This document shows positions 27,005 to 40,175 of a DNA stretch of 64,000 nt, piece by piece. Position 1 is the stretch's first letter, and every line of letters starts with the position of its first letter. Both the position numbers and the translations under genes were made by a program. Source of the DNA: Lama glama (Eukaryota). The stretch is taken from the NCBI GenBank assembly GCA_028534125.1, contig CM052817.1, positions 73,844,001 through 73,908,000 of the forward strand, written 5' to 3'. A model generated the notes under the pieces. It was given only the letters and a program-made list of their open reading frames with translations, was not told the DNA's origin and searched no databases.

Positions 27005-30000
27005 GTGAACTTCTGCATAATTCCTTCTCTGAACATGTCTCCTATTCCTCTCCCCTTTTCACCATCTCCCTCTGCATATACCCTGCCTCAGGATGCTTCA
27101 GTGTGACAGTACCTAGCCAGAGAGAGGGCACGAGGGAGAGAGATTTGTCTTCTCCAGATCATGGCCATGGCTGAATTCCCCTTTCTCTATGGTAAAGAGA
27201 AAGTGGGTATTGTTTATTTTGTTGGAAACTAGGTAGGTTTGTGCCAAAATTAATGTAGACCTCATGTGAAAGCCTGTCTTGGTCGTGGATCTCCATATCT
27301 CAGCTTCTTTTGTGAGAAAAAGTGCTACATAGAGCTGAAAAATGTTATTCCTGGCAGTTATGCAAATTGGTTGAGATATTTTCAAGTCATATTAAAGGTT
27401 ATGATTTTAAGCGTCACTGAGCAGAGTTTTTTTGAACTATATTCTAGGTGAACCAAAGGCAGAAAGTTTATTAATAGTGCATTTGCTTGCTAGTACTTCT
27501 TTAAATGCACCCTTTTGATATTTTGGAAATTGTAATTGGAAATAGAATGATTTCAGTTTGTGTTCTAAAAATGTCCATTTTTCTATGTTATTTTAATAAA
27601 GTTATTTTAAAGGTTCTTATCAACCTGCTAATTATACTATTTTTATTATACAGCCATCCATCATGAGACTACAGGTTGTCTACAAATAAGACATTTTGAA
27701 AAATTTATATAAGTTCTTTTCCTTTTTCTGAAATACATTCTAAATATTATGTTTCTATACATAAATATAATGATAAATAACTTTTTGGTGATTTTAACAA
27801 GTTTGAGTCACTTTTTTCAAAGCCATTTTCCATCAGTTTTTGAAGTCATAGAATTTGGACGATCAGGAAGGAATTAAGAGAATTACAGAGAAGAAAGAGC
27901 TTGTGACACGATTTTCTCACAGGACCCCAGAAATCAGATTTAATCTAAGACCCTCTTGCTATGTATATGTGGATCACTGAAGCACCCTGATGACTTTTTT
28001 TCCTATTTTTACCCTATAACTAACTCAGAATGCTACAATCTCCTCCTCGTCCCCACCCCATGGTCCTGGATGAGTTAAAAGTAAACCTAAGGATTCATAA
28101 CTTTTGGGGTGGAGGATATAGTCCTCAAAAGACCAGAATCTTTGTTTTCTGCTGCCTCCTCTGAAGCATGTACTGTTTAGCTAATCAACTACATAATTCC
28201 TAGGCAAGTCATCTGCATAATAATGGTGGATTGCATTTGCTTTTATTCTTTTTAAATTGTGATAACACTGTATCTCACAATTTAGAAAACTTCAATAAGA
28301 ATTTCTACTTTGCATGATTGCTGAATTTCATTTGGAGAGTAAGATATACAATTAAAACTGAGTATGTTAATAGGTTTTTTTTATTGTCTGTACAGTCTGA
28401 AGTCAATGTTTAGTGCAGTATGTGTATACATTTTCTGCAAAACTGCTCGTTGACTGTTTTAACCATACAGCAAAAATAATATCTATTTCTTAGAGGAATA
28501 GCATTTTATTTTCCAAATGGAAATTCTTCCAGAACATCTGATATTGAACATTCCAGTAAGTTCTCTAACCTAGCTAGAAGTTTAACACCAGAAGGTTACT
28601 TTAGAGTTTAATCAAAGTCTCTCATTTTATGGATGAGAAAACTGAAACCTAAAAACGTTAAGTGACTTGCCCAAGGTGACAGCAGTAACTCAAGACAGGG
28701 ATAGATCTCATGGTAGATGATAGCTAGACCCATGAAAGAGCATGGTCCATGCTGCTCTGTGACAATAGGGTTTTATATCTTATTTAAATAGTACAGTTCA
28801 CAAACTAATGAAGACTCCCCCATCATATTAAACTGTTTTAGCAAAGTTCCGGGTTCACTGTAGGTATTTAATAAACATTAGTTTCTCTGTTTATGTATTA
28901 GATTGTACTATAATTTTTGAGACATTCAAAATATATAAAATCGTATGGGTATAGGGAAAGGCAAATGATGGAAGCAAGCATTGATTGAATTCCATATGCT
29001 TTACCCACACGTGGTTTAATCCTCACTCTACCCTTAAGTGGTGGTAAGATTACCCGTCATTGATGGATGAGGCTTCAGTCAACGCTCACCAACAGCAGAG
29101 CTGAGCTTCAGTCCATGTACTGTCTCCTCTGTGCATACTTACTTACATGTTTTCACTTCAGTTCTTTTCCTCTCCAAACATTTACATTATGTTGTCCTAT
29201 TTTAATCTGAAAATATGATGCAATTACATTTATTTAATCAACTCTAGTATGTGAACTGATTCATCTCATGACTCACTCCTTCCAACCTTTTACTTTTTCT
29301 TATGGTACAAAAAAAGCGTGAATGATCTCTTCCAGTCTGCTTTTTGCTTTTTGAAACTGTTTTCTACATCGCAAAATAACTATCCACTAATTCTACTACC
29401 TGTCCAAATAGTGACACCTTTTGATATTCTGATATTTTTAATGAAAATGCTCAAATGCTAACCCAATTTTATAAACTGTTGGGATTAACTGAAGAGCATG
29501 TTGATTTTTATCTAAAAGACTTTTTCATCAGCACCTAGATATAAACTTGAGTCATTATTTCTCTTATTTCCTATTATTTGAAGAAAATACTTCTTTAAGT
29601 ATTCAATTCCACACAACCAGCTTTTTTATTAGTTGTTTATTCTGCATTTATGTTATTTCAGTCTGGTTTCTTAGAGTATTTTCTTGCTAATTTTGTGGAC
29701 ATTTTTATCATTTTGACTTTTAATATTTAGCTCTTTCATGACTTCCAATTCTTCTGTTTCTTTCTTGATATGTTTCTGTTTTGCTTTCCTCTCCTCTCTC
29801 TCTCTCTCTTAAATAATTCCCTCACTAGAGCTTGTTGCTTTTCATTACTTTGTGCTACTTCCTTCAGTTATTTGCTAAAGACACAAAGGCTTGTTTTCAT
29901 TTGAAATTCAATTTTTCTTTTCTCTGAATTATGCATATTGGCATCTTAATTTTTCCAACTTGCTTTGCGTTCTAGTGAAATACTTAAATATCATTTTCCA

Positions 30001-30442
30001 GATCTATAATGACACCAAGACACATACAGTTAAATTTATCTACTTGCAGCTCCAGTCTTTAAGTTCTTTTATTTTCCAGTCTTCAATCTTTCTTCATATA
30101 ATTTTCACTCCTTAGAAAATTCTTTATTTTGGTATACTCAAGCTCTTGTCTTTTGCGTACTCCCATTTTCTACTCATCCTTTATCAAGGGAAGTAAATAT
30201 ACTGGGTTTCTCATTTTGGAGCAGGAAAATGCCTGTAGAGGAATAGTTAACGTTGAGGTTAGTCCTTCCCAACTATTTTGCTATTTTATGAGCTGAAATA
30301 TCTGAGTGTAGTAATCTGAATGAATTCTGACTGGATTGGTTGGACAGAGACCAAAGAATTAAATTACTTTCTATTTTCTCTTTCTTCTCTGCTAGACATA
30401 AATATAGACAGTTTCTCACAACTTACCTTTTTCACTCTTCCA

Positions 30443-30570
30443 TCTATTCACTTATTCAATGATGATTTATCAGCTACCTGCTGAGTGCTTCGTTCACATT
30501 GTGCTAGGCACTGTGGGGACACAGAAAGAAATATGGAGAACAAGATCACTGCCATTGTGGCACTAATATG
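30443..30570 (-). mobile_element. L2 3' fragment
   Basis: tattcacttattcaat...cattgtgctaggcactgtggggacacag. Confidence 0.55.
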
Positions 30571-31356
30571 GCTCCTATATGAAGTGTAATTCATTTCTCA
30601 TTGACCAGGAAAGTAAGTGATTGTGAGTAAGAGAAGCCAACATGTGACATCTGGGGCTTAGACTGTGAGCATCTTGGCAGCAGCGGCTCTGTTCTTACTT
30701 TCTGTATCCTCACTCAGTTCATAGCAGGGCACCTGGCACTTCATAGGAGGGTAGCAAACATTGCATGGAACAAAGCATAGACATTATGGAGTAAATAAGA
30801 ACAAAAGAAGATTTTAAAAGGAACAGTCAGTGACACAAAACCAGAGAAAGTAATCAAGCATGTAGTTACTTAAACATTGTTTCAGCCAAGAACATAGCTG
30901 CTTCAGTTCACTGTTGAGAGAACACACCACCAGAAGATATTCTAGATAGGGACATTAATTAGGCCATAAGCCATCACTGGGATAATATAGTGGAAATATG
31001 ATAGCATGTAACATGAATGTGGAGACTCCCTAAATGCCTTTAAAAGGTACAAATAGTATTGAAGATTGATATTAAGCAGATGTATTATAAAAATCCCGTA
31101 GTAATTTGAGTCCCTGTTCATCACCAATGGTGCTAGGAATCAAAAGATGAAAAAAAAATCATAAAATAGAGAAAGTTAGGAATACAGCCATAAGTTTGGG
31201 ACAGCACTGGCTGAAGTTTAAGTCGCTTTTTCCCTAGTTTTTATAAAAATCAACATAAATGTCATAGTAAAATAAAACTAATAAAATGGGAAAGAAACCT
31301 TCATATTCATCTGGAAGTGCTACCAGTTCTTTTACTCTTTTGAGTGACAGTGCATT

Positions 31357-31484
31357 ATTTTTAGAGGGGGAGGTAATTAGGTTTATTCATTTGTTTGTAT
31401 TAAGAGGAGGTAGTGGGTATTGAACTCCAGACCTCATGCATGCTAAGTATGTGCTCTACCACTTGAGCTATACCCTCCCCCGCC
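31357..31484 (-). mobile_element. tRNA-Ala-derived SINE (vic-1-like) with 15-bp target-site duplication
   Basis: tRNA-like head plus AATAAACCTAATTACCTCCCCC tail on the minus strand; TSD GAGTGA(C/T)AGTGCATT at 31342-31356 and 31485-31499. Confidence 0.88.
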
Positions 31485-33325
31485 GAGTGATAGTGCATTT
31501 TAAAAAGCAAATAGAAACCAATTTTTTCAAAAATTCATACTTAAACACTAGTAGTAAGAAAAGCAGTGGACATTTTCTCATTGTGTTTTGATAAAGACCA
31601 GAAACATCCACACTTTAGAACTGAACTGTTGATTATTCTCCCTAGTTTGTTCCCCATAATAAACACTTAGAGGACTGAGTATGAATTGATAGGTCTAGAC
31701 TGGCTTCTGCATGTGGGAAGGAGTGTGACGCCTCTTCTTGTGGCCTTTTCCTGCATGACCTGCTGCAGACAGGCACTGTGGGCTCCTTCATAGCCATTTG
31801 TATTAACTAGCAACAGGGGTTCTGTTTAATAGCATGCTTGATGAGCTCTTTGTTCTGCTGTGAAGAGGATGCTAAGGTATTTTTCAAAAACTTCCGTTAT
31901 CTAAAAATAGCATAAATGTATTATTTCTATCCCATAACTTACTTTGATGAATATCTTTCAAATGTCTTAAATGTTGTCAAGGATGTCAATATCTAGGTGT
32001 GACGAATCTGGTATAGTTCTGTGCTGGTTAAGGTATCAGTAGATTCTTGAGACACCTATGTGTTGCTCTTCTCTTTCTGTTTTGGTATAAAAATCTTGCA
32101 AATGCAGTGAAAATTGGGAAAGACAGTAATGTTATTTGTGTAAGGATCTGCACACTGTTTGTTTGTGTCTTTGTGTATATGTGCACGACAGATTGCCTGG
32201 TTTAATTTTTGCTTTTTGACAAAGTGAGTGCTTCCAAGACTTTAATAAGTACTAACAAAGTGACAAGAATCAAACTAAGCTGCATCACCATCTGTTAAGA
32301 CCATCTCAAAGGAAACAACTTCAAAATTAAAACAAACCCTTTCTCTTGGTACATTTACAATAAACAAATCAAGTCACTTTGAATTATTGTTCCCCATTCA
32401 TGGGCAATTATCTCGGCAGAAAAGGAGCAAAACTGATAGAGATGCCTTTACATTTCTAAATTATTAGCTATGATTTTCCATATTCAATTTATTATAATTT
32501 AGGGAAAGTCACGATGCAGAGCCCAGTGTTTCCCACTTCAAAACATAGAACAGAAGGGATTTATAATCTGTTACCTGTCTACCCCACCAATTACAATGGT
32601 ACAGCTGAGAGATTCCTACTTAAGAAGTGAAAAAGTCCATTTTAACCAGTAAATTGGTTCTATCCAAAACATTTGATTATTTTGCTTTACCTCTTTTTTT
32701 AGAATGTAATCAGTTAAAAACCTGCCTCCTGGGTAAGTCGGTATTGGAGCAGGATACATGTTCCGAGGTTTGATCTTGAGAGAAGGCCTGTGAATTTTTT
32801 TAAGTCACAGAATGATATCAAAAGGATCTGGACAAGATGTAATTTTTTAAAAAGCTGAGTTAACTTAGAAAAACTACAGTTTGGTCTTCCCTCTCTGCTC
32901 TAGCCTTACATTATTTTCATGTGTAGATTTTTCAAGACACGTGTGGAAGGAGGCAGAAGTCTTTGCATTTATAACAAAAGTAGACTCATCAATGTTCTCT
33001 GTATAATTTCATTCCACTTTCAATTGGACATAATTTAAATTTATAGTTTATATTTAGCATCACCATGGTCCAAAAAAATAAGCAGAGCTCTTCATTAGTT
33101 GCAGATCAAAATAATACAAAAATGGAAACAGCAACCAAACTGAAATAAAGGCATTGGGATAAAGTAGAATAACTTTTAAGGACAAAATTTTTGGCCACCA
33201 CTCGTATAAATGAAAAAGAGATGTCTTAAGAACAGAGCATTATGGAAAAAAACTAACTTGACAAAGCTTGTTGATCCACCTTCAAATATGCCAAGACACA
33301 TTTCATCTTCTGTTTTAATTTTTAG

Positions 33326-33550
33326 TTTCCTGGTTAGTTTTATGGTGGATGCCCGAGGCGGTGCTATGCGAGGATGCAGACACAATGGTCTCCGCATCAT
33401 TATTCCACCTCGGAAATGTACTGCCCCAACACGAGTCACCTGCCGGCTGGTCAAACGCCATCGACTGGCGACAATGCCTCCAATGGTGGAAGGAGAAGGC
33501 CTGGCCAGTCGCCTTATTGAAGTCGGACCTTCCGGTGCTCAGTTCCTTGG
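33326..33550 (+). CDS. ANK2: Exon, 225 nt, ZU5-A N-terminal part (spectrin binding): [74 protein letters not shown](G)
   Basis: tttag|TTTC...TTGG|gtaagg; phase 2-2; DAR motif. Confidence 0.98.
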
Positions 33551-33893
33551 GTAAGGGTTTCTGATAAACCTCCCACTTAGTCACCGATGAGCTTGTGTCC
33601 TCTACATGAAATCACTAGGATGGAGTGGAAAAAGGTACGTCAAAACGTTCTGAAAGACGATTGGCCCCTGTGACATTTTTTGCAAATTGGATTTCATGCC
33701 TCAATGCTTGACTCCACTTGCATGCCTCTGATTTTAAGGCATTAGTGGGGTAAACATTCAGCTTAACGATTACTCTTTCTCTTTGGGTATGATAATAGCT
33801 GCTAGACTCCCAGTATGAATAATCCTGTTTTAGTCAATGATAGGTATTTTTTTTAATCTTAGATTTAAGTGATAAAGTCATAGAGAAAAGATA

Positions 33894-34118
33894 CAGTTGG
33901 CCCTTGAACAACACAGGGGTTTGAGATGCTGACCCTCCACGCAGTCGAAAATTTGCGTCCAGCTTAGAGTTGGTCTCTCCTATAAAAGGTTCCTGCACAC
34001 TCCAGGTTCTGCATCTGTGGGTTCAACAACCACTGATGGACCATGTGGTTCTGTAATATTTACTGTTGAAAAAAGTCAGGGTGAAAGTGGACCTGCATGG
34101 TTGTTCAAGGGTCAACAG
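33894..34118. mobile_element. Tigger2/MER8-like MITE
   Basis: Terminal inverted repeats CAGTTGGCCCTTGAACAAC ... GTTGTTCAAGGGTCAACAG flanked by TA on both sides. Confidence 0.88.
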
Positions 34119-35282
34119 TACTACTCTTATTCCAAACATAAATTTAAATCGTCATATGGTGATGGAACAGAACCATCACCTTCACTTTGGAAAGCAGAAC
34201 ATCAAAAAACTTAGTCTATGTGATTTGTCTTTTCTGTTATCAAAATTGCTACCTTTGAGTCTTAAAACTGCACTGACAGTTTATTTAGGCATAGTTTTTG
34301 TTAAGAGGACACGATCAAGAATAACTTCTACCACACTCATTTTAGCAATTTTGAGCAGAAATAAGCATTTCTTCTTTCTTCTGTTTGTTTGTACGGCTGC
34401 TGTGATATTAAGTGGTATCTCAGTATGCCAAGAAATGAATAGCTAACACTGACAACTAACAAAACGATGAAGTTTTGGAGGGGGACAAGTTTCAAAATCT
34501 TTTGAAACCAATCAATTGTATTTAAGTCTTGTCATATCAAGTCTTTGTGTTTGAAAACTGGGAGAAAATCCTATTAATCATGGACTCTTGCCTTTCCAGT
34601 GTCTTACTGGGGAGAGGATTTCTTGCTTTAGAACTCAGGGGATGTTCTAGAGCCTTGTAATTTGGAGGAGACTGTTAACAGGTTGCTCCAAATTATGTTC
34701 ACACCTGAAAAGGGGTGTGTCTGATTGTCCCAATTATAGAAACCACCTCCCAGATCCTCCTGTCAGACCGACCAGATTTAGAAGGAGCCTGTGAAGTTCT
34801 GGGTTGCATCAGAAAATACTGTGAAGGTTGGAATAAATTCCGCAGTGATTCCCTTCAGATTTACCAGGCCCCTTCCCCTCCTCACATGCAGGCCGTTGTA
34901 GGCTTTTTAATAATTGTCAAATCTGTTGGGGGATATCTGTGAAAACATCTGGCCTTGCTACCGAGTCAGAGTTTTTATTATACTCCCAACAGCTTTGTCT
35001 TTCCCGTGGAGCATTTTTTTTTCCCTTTTTTGGCTCATGCCCTGGCAGTGAACCTAAGTAGGGACAGAGTCCACCCCCAAGTGCCCGCCTTCCACGCGCC
35101 TCCATTGTACACTCTGGGTCTCTGTTCCTCACTCTTTGTGACCAATGGAGGGGGCAGAACCGAATGCAGTGTGAAACCAAACTTCACTCTGTTCATCAGC
35201 TGGTGATGCTGGGGTTCTGTGGAAAACGATACCTGAAGCTTACTTATGTTCTTTCTTTCACTGCTGCTTTGGATGTACTCAG

Positions 35283-35381
35283 TAAACTTCACCTGCCAAC
35301 GGCTCCTCCCCCACTTAATGAGGGAGAAAGTTTGGTCAGCCGCATCCTTCAGCTGGGGCCTCCTGGAACCAAATTCCTTGG
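35283..35381 (+). CDS. ANK2: Alternative exon, 99 nt, inside ZU5-A: KLHLPTAPPPLNEGESLVSRILQLGPPGTKFL(G)
   Basis: ctcag|TAAA...TTGG|gtagga; phase 2-2; matches the 33-aa insert of long ankyrin-B isoforms. Confidence 0.93.
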
Positions 35382-36370
35382 GTAGGAGTGACTTAAAACA
35401 AATTGATGGCTGCTGGCCCCCATTCTTCTCCTTCTTCTGCAATATGATTTCTCTTTTTGTCATTGTGCCCATGACATGTCCCTCTCTATGATTTAAATTC
35501 TGTATAACCTATCTTTAGTGGACCATTTCTGACCCTTGTGGTATGTGACTTTTATTTTTGAGTGATGTTTTTATATCTTTTCCCTTCAAGTGCTGTGACC
35601 TTCATTTTTGTTTCAAGCATGAGATCTGCCTAGTTGTACTATGTGCTAGTTATGATGTTGTTATGATAAATTTGGAGTCTGTATCAAAGCAACCTGGACT
35701 GAAAAATCAAAAGCCTCTCTATATTTGGAGAGGGAATGCAACCTGAAAATAGTAGGGCCATGCATGTTGTGGGTCCTGAATATAATAATAGGCATTGGAC
35801 ACACTGGGCTGACTGCTGAGGAGCTCAGTTAGGGCCACCACTGTGTACACATGCCTATTGTTTCCTCGAATGAGGAAAATATAAGGAAAAAAATCCACGA
35901 GTGCATGTTTCTTTAGTTCCCGAATAGTCAACTTTTTGACATCTCATCTACCACACATCCAATTACGCAGCATATGAGCCATTTTCCCTCCCAAATCATT
36001 TTGTCATTTTGCACCTTGTAGAAAATGTTTTAGGAGATTGGCATACATCATAGATATGCATGGACATTTCTTTTGGTTAAATGTGTTACACTTACATTTA
36101 TCAAAGGAGAAGTTCCAGAATGCCACATGCACTCACAGGGAAACATCCTTGGCTTAAGGTAGCAGCATGGCCCTGAGGATGGGTGCCCCTGAGGTGGAGT
36201 GCTAGTATTGTGGGACCATCTGCTAGCCAAAGGGCTCCGGAGGATGGCCTGCCAGGTCCCTGTCCCCAGAAAGAGAATTCCAGGTCACTTTGCAACAGAC
36301 CAAGTCCAGGTGCTTGTCTTGCTGTTGGTTAGCTCCTGTCCACACTGAACGTTCTGCCTTACTGTGTCAG

Positions 36371-36525
36371 GCCTGTGATCGTGGAGATCCCTCATTTTGC
36401 TGCCCTTCGAGGAAAGGAGAGGGAACTGGTGGTCCTGCGCAGTGAGAATGGGGACAGCTGGAAAGAGCATTACTGTGAATACACTGAGGACGAACTGAAT
36501 GAAATCCTTAATGGCATGGATGAAG
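36371..36525 (+). CDS. ANK2: Exon, 155 nt, ZU5-[52 protein letters not shown]
   Basis: gtcag|GCCT...GAAG|gtactt; phase 2-1. Confidence 0.97.
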
Positions 36526-36604
36526 GTACTTCGTATGAAAAGTTTTAAGGGAAATCAAAAGTGGAAGCATGGCAATAATACATTCTTCTATGACCTAGGA
36601 GAGA

Positions 36605-36638
36605 GTGTGTATATGTGCGTGTGTTTGTGTGTGTGTGT
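36605..36638. repeat. Interrupted (GT)n microsatellite
   Basis: gtgtgtatatgtgcgtgtgtttgtgtgtgtgtgt. Confidence 0.8.
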
Positions 36639-39063
36639 TACCAATCCAGTTTGGATCTGTTCTCCTGAGCGCAGTAAATCCAATCTACCAACGCCGGCTT
36701 GTAGTGAAGGAAAGTCCAGTATTTATTACAGGCACCAAACAAGGAGTCTAGATCTTTTGAGCACTAGCTGCTTGGACTCCTTGTTTGGTGTCTACAGTAA
36801 AGGCTGCACTTTCCTTCACCACCACAGCCCAGGGTCAGTAGATTGGCTCTACTGAACAAGGGTGAGCGGACCCAAATTTTGGTTGGGCAACAAATGTGTC
36901 CCTTTGTTGTTTTACCTCAGCAAGTATTCTGGTATGTTCCAGTGGTGATCCATTGGGGTGCATGATATATTTGCCTAGTCTTACTTCTGTTACATTCAGG
37001 AAAATGAGAATCTTTGAATAGTAAATACCTCATTTTAATAAGGAGATACAGCCTGTCTCTATCTGTAGTGCAGACTTTTTCAAACCCAAAACATGAGATA
37101 GAATAGATATTATTATTTCATAACAAAATAAACTGATACTAGATGTTAAATGTATGTTTTGAAAAATGCCTATCCTGAACATTTAGATATTCAAGACACT
37201 GATGAAAAGTGCTAAGCTTTCTATAGGAAACCACACACATAACCATAACAAGCACATCATAGGATAATATAATTTTTAACTTTCTGTTAAGGAGATGGGA
37301 AAGTTAAGTTCACTTAGACTTCTACACATTGTTCACACAGGGAGTTAGCTGGGGTGGAATTTCACATATATACCTACACATTTCATTAAGGAGCTTATTT
37401 TTCATTATGGCTTTAATCTCTGTCAATCCCAAATCCAGCATGGGCCGCTTAGCCTCAGGTTGAGATATCTTAGTTTGGCTAGAAGGAGGTCGCTCCATCT
37501 TGGGCTTCTTTGGGTTGCACAGAGAGGAGGCCCCAGTCCTGATACCCGGGGATATATTCCAATGTATGTAAGTACACAGACAGGGCAAGTTCTTTGCCTA
37601 AGTGCTGGGACCGTATCAGCATTTGCACAGAGCTGGACACACAGTTGTGCAGCTGTTTGTTCCGTTTCTCAGTCTCCCAGGGCTACTGGCTGTAGCTTCA
37701 GGTGGGGCTCATGGATAGTAAAGTGTGGCCCAGCAGCAGCTGCTTTAATATTTCTTTTCTGCACTCTGCTGAGGTTGAATAAGAAGAAGGGCCAGGCTTA
37801 CCCTATCCAAGGGATAGATGGAGGAAGAAATCATGCCCTCTAGATGTATATAGGTCAGTATCTTCCAAGAAGATGAAAAGATCAGGATTCTTACTGATAA
37901 AGCTTTTTCCATGCAGTATTTAGCTGTTCCTTGGAACCATTTCTTTTGCAAGCATTTAGTTTAGTAGGATATTTCCCTCTGAGATATTCACTTGTCATTA
38001 ATGCTGCTGTGAGCACTAGTATCTTGTCCTTGGATGGGGACCCACTCTTAGTAAAAAGCTCGTTTTAAAACAGAGTATCAGATTTATGTATTTTTATGTT
38101 TGTTATGTGTGGAAATGCATTCTTTTATAAATTTATGCTAGTATTTGCCAGTGTATCAATCTTCAATTATGTATGATCAGATCCTGGGACTTTTGGCTTT
38201 TGTTGTCTAGTTATACTCAGTATTTAAGAGAAACATAGTTGCTGTTATGCCTTTATAAGAATTGTAAATACTTTCTAAAAATTAGCAACTTTGCATAATC
38301 CCTTAAAATTCAGTGATCCTCTTAGTTCACATTTTCTACATTTTAAACCAGTCTGATTGTTTGCATCACCCTACATATCCACACTAATGCAATTTATAAG
38401 GAGCCCATTATCCCATTCTCCTGATGCTAGATGATCTGTTTGGTAAGTTAATGGTTTTAGGGGAATATTGAAACCCTGAACTTACAATAACTGATATTTT
38501 TATATTCACAGTGACTATCTCAGAGACAACCATGCCACTAGAATGAACACACAAACCTTACCCTTCCAAGACAGATTTTATTCTCGTACTACTCCCCTGA
38601 GAAATGAAAGGGCCATATTACTTCTTTAAACCACAATAACTGGGTTTTGAGCTCACTTTGAAATTTGCAAAGAAAAGGAGTCCATAAACAATTTCCTCTC
38701 CATCACATTGAACCAAGAATAGAAGAGTTTCAGTTTTCATTCCAGGTTTGCCCTGAAATCCCCTCATTGACAAAGGCAGTCCTGCAATACTGCATCTGGA
38801 ACTAGGTGCTTTTCTTTCACAGTGCCCTGGGAAGACCTAGTCTCCACAAAGAGAGAAGATGTGACGACTAAATGCGGACAGGTCTTGAAAGATGGCAGTC
38901 TCTTTCTGGTGGTATTAGGATAGCCTTGCTTTTGAAATGTTCCTGTTACTTAAAAAAGGTGTTTTGCTGCCACATCTGTTCACTCTTAACTATGCTAGTG
39001 AGTTTGCTAGAATTCTTTCAGAAGGAAACCCTCGATATGAAGATGCATCATTTCTTGTCTCAG

Positions 39064-39275
39064 TGCTGGATAGCCCGGAAGACCTAGAAAAGAAACGGAT
39101 CTGCCGCATCATTACCCGTGACTTCCCACAGTACTTTGCGGTGGTGTCCCGCATCAAACAGGACAGCAACCTGATTGGCCCAGAGGGAGGCGTGCTGAGC
39201 AGCACGGTGGTGCCCCAGGTGCAAGCCGTCTTCCCGGAGGGGGCGCTAACCAAGCGGATCCGCGTAGGCCTACAG
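39064..39275 (+). CDS. ANK2: Exon, 212 nt, ZU5-A end / ZU5-B start: (V)[42 protein letters not shown]...RIRVGLQ
   Basis: ctcag|TGCTG...CAG|gtgggc; phase 1-0. Confidence 0.97.
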
Positions 39276-39589
39276 GTGGGCCCACATCCTATTCAGGTTA
39301 ACCTAAGCTCACGTGGATTTTATTCCAGTGATTAAAAAATCAGCTTTTCAAAAAGGAAATTAAATGGTTAAAGAATCAAATTATTCCTAAGTGAGGAAAA
39401 GCTGCCCTTAGAGATCTTAGGTCTCAGAAAGTTTTATAAGGGTGCTTGGTAACAGTACTAAACTTAGAGTTCCTGTATTTGAAGCAACCAAACTGATTTA
39501 TGAGATAAAAAGCAATGTTTTAATAAATTTGACATGGAATATTATGATTTATGGTTGATTTTATAATTTTTTTTCTTTTCTTTTAAAAG

Positions 39590-39794
39590 GCTCAACCTAT
39601 GCACAGCGAGTTGGTTAAGAAGATCCTAGGCAACAAAGCTACCTTCAGCCCTATAGTCACTTTGGAACCTAGAAGAAGAAAATTTCACAAGCCAATTACC
39701 ATGACCATTCCTGTCCCCAAAGCTTCAAGTGATGTCATGTTGAATGGTTTTGGGGGAGATGCACCAACCTTAAGATTACTATGCAGCATAACAG
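39590..39794 (+). CDS. ANK2: Exon, 205 nt, ZU5-[44 protein letters not shown]...LRLLCSIT(G)
   Basis: ttttaaaag|GCT...ACAG|gtgagg; phase 0-1. Confidence 0.97.
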
Positions 39795-39949
39795 GTGAGG
39801 GACATAGGACATTCGTGATAGAAAGTTCTGAAATAAGGAACTTAGATTGTTGTAAATGTTGAATTACCTTTGTCATTAGATACCTGCAGAGTTATGTGCA
39901 TTAATTCAGGAAAAGCATTTTAACTAGGGAAGTAAAAGGTAAAAGGAAA

Positions 39950-40175
39950 TGAGCTAATATTTACTAAATGAAGCCTGTGTGCCAAACTTGTAGACATTTC
40001 ATATGCACTATCATTTTAATTTCCCCGGTAGCTCTGTGAGGAGACTTTAGCCCCATTTTACTGAAAAGGAAACCAAGGTTGAGATAGGTTCTATAACTTA
40101 CCTGTGATTATTCTGTAAATATCTGGCAGAGTTGGGATTTGAACCTAAGCCCATAATCCTCAGAACCCAAGCTTT
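39950..40175 (-). mobile_element. MIR SINE
   Basis: ccccattttactgaaaaggaaaccaagg...ggcagagttgggatttgaacctaagc. Confidence 0.72.
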
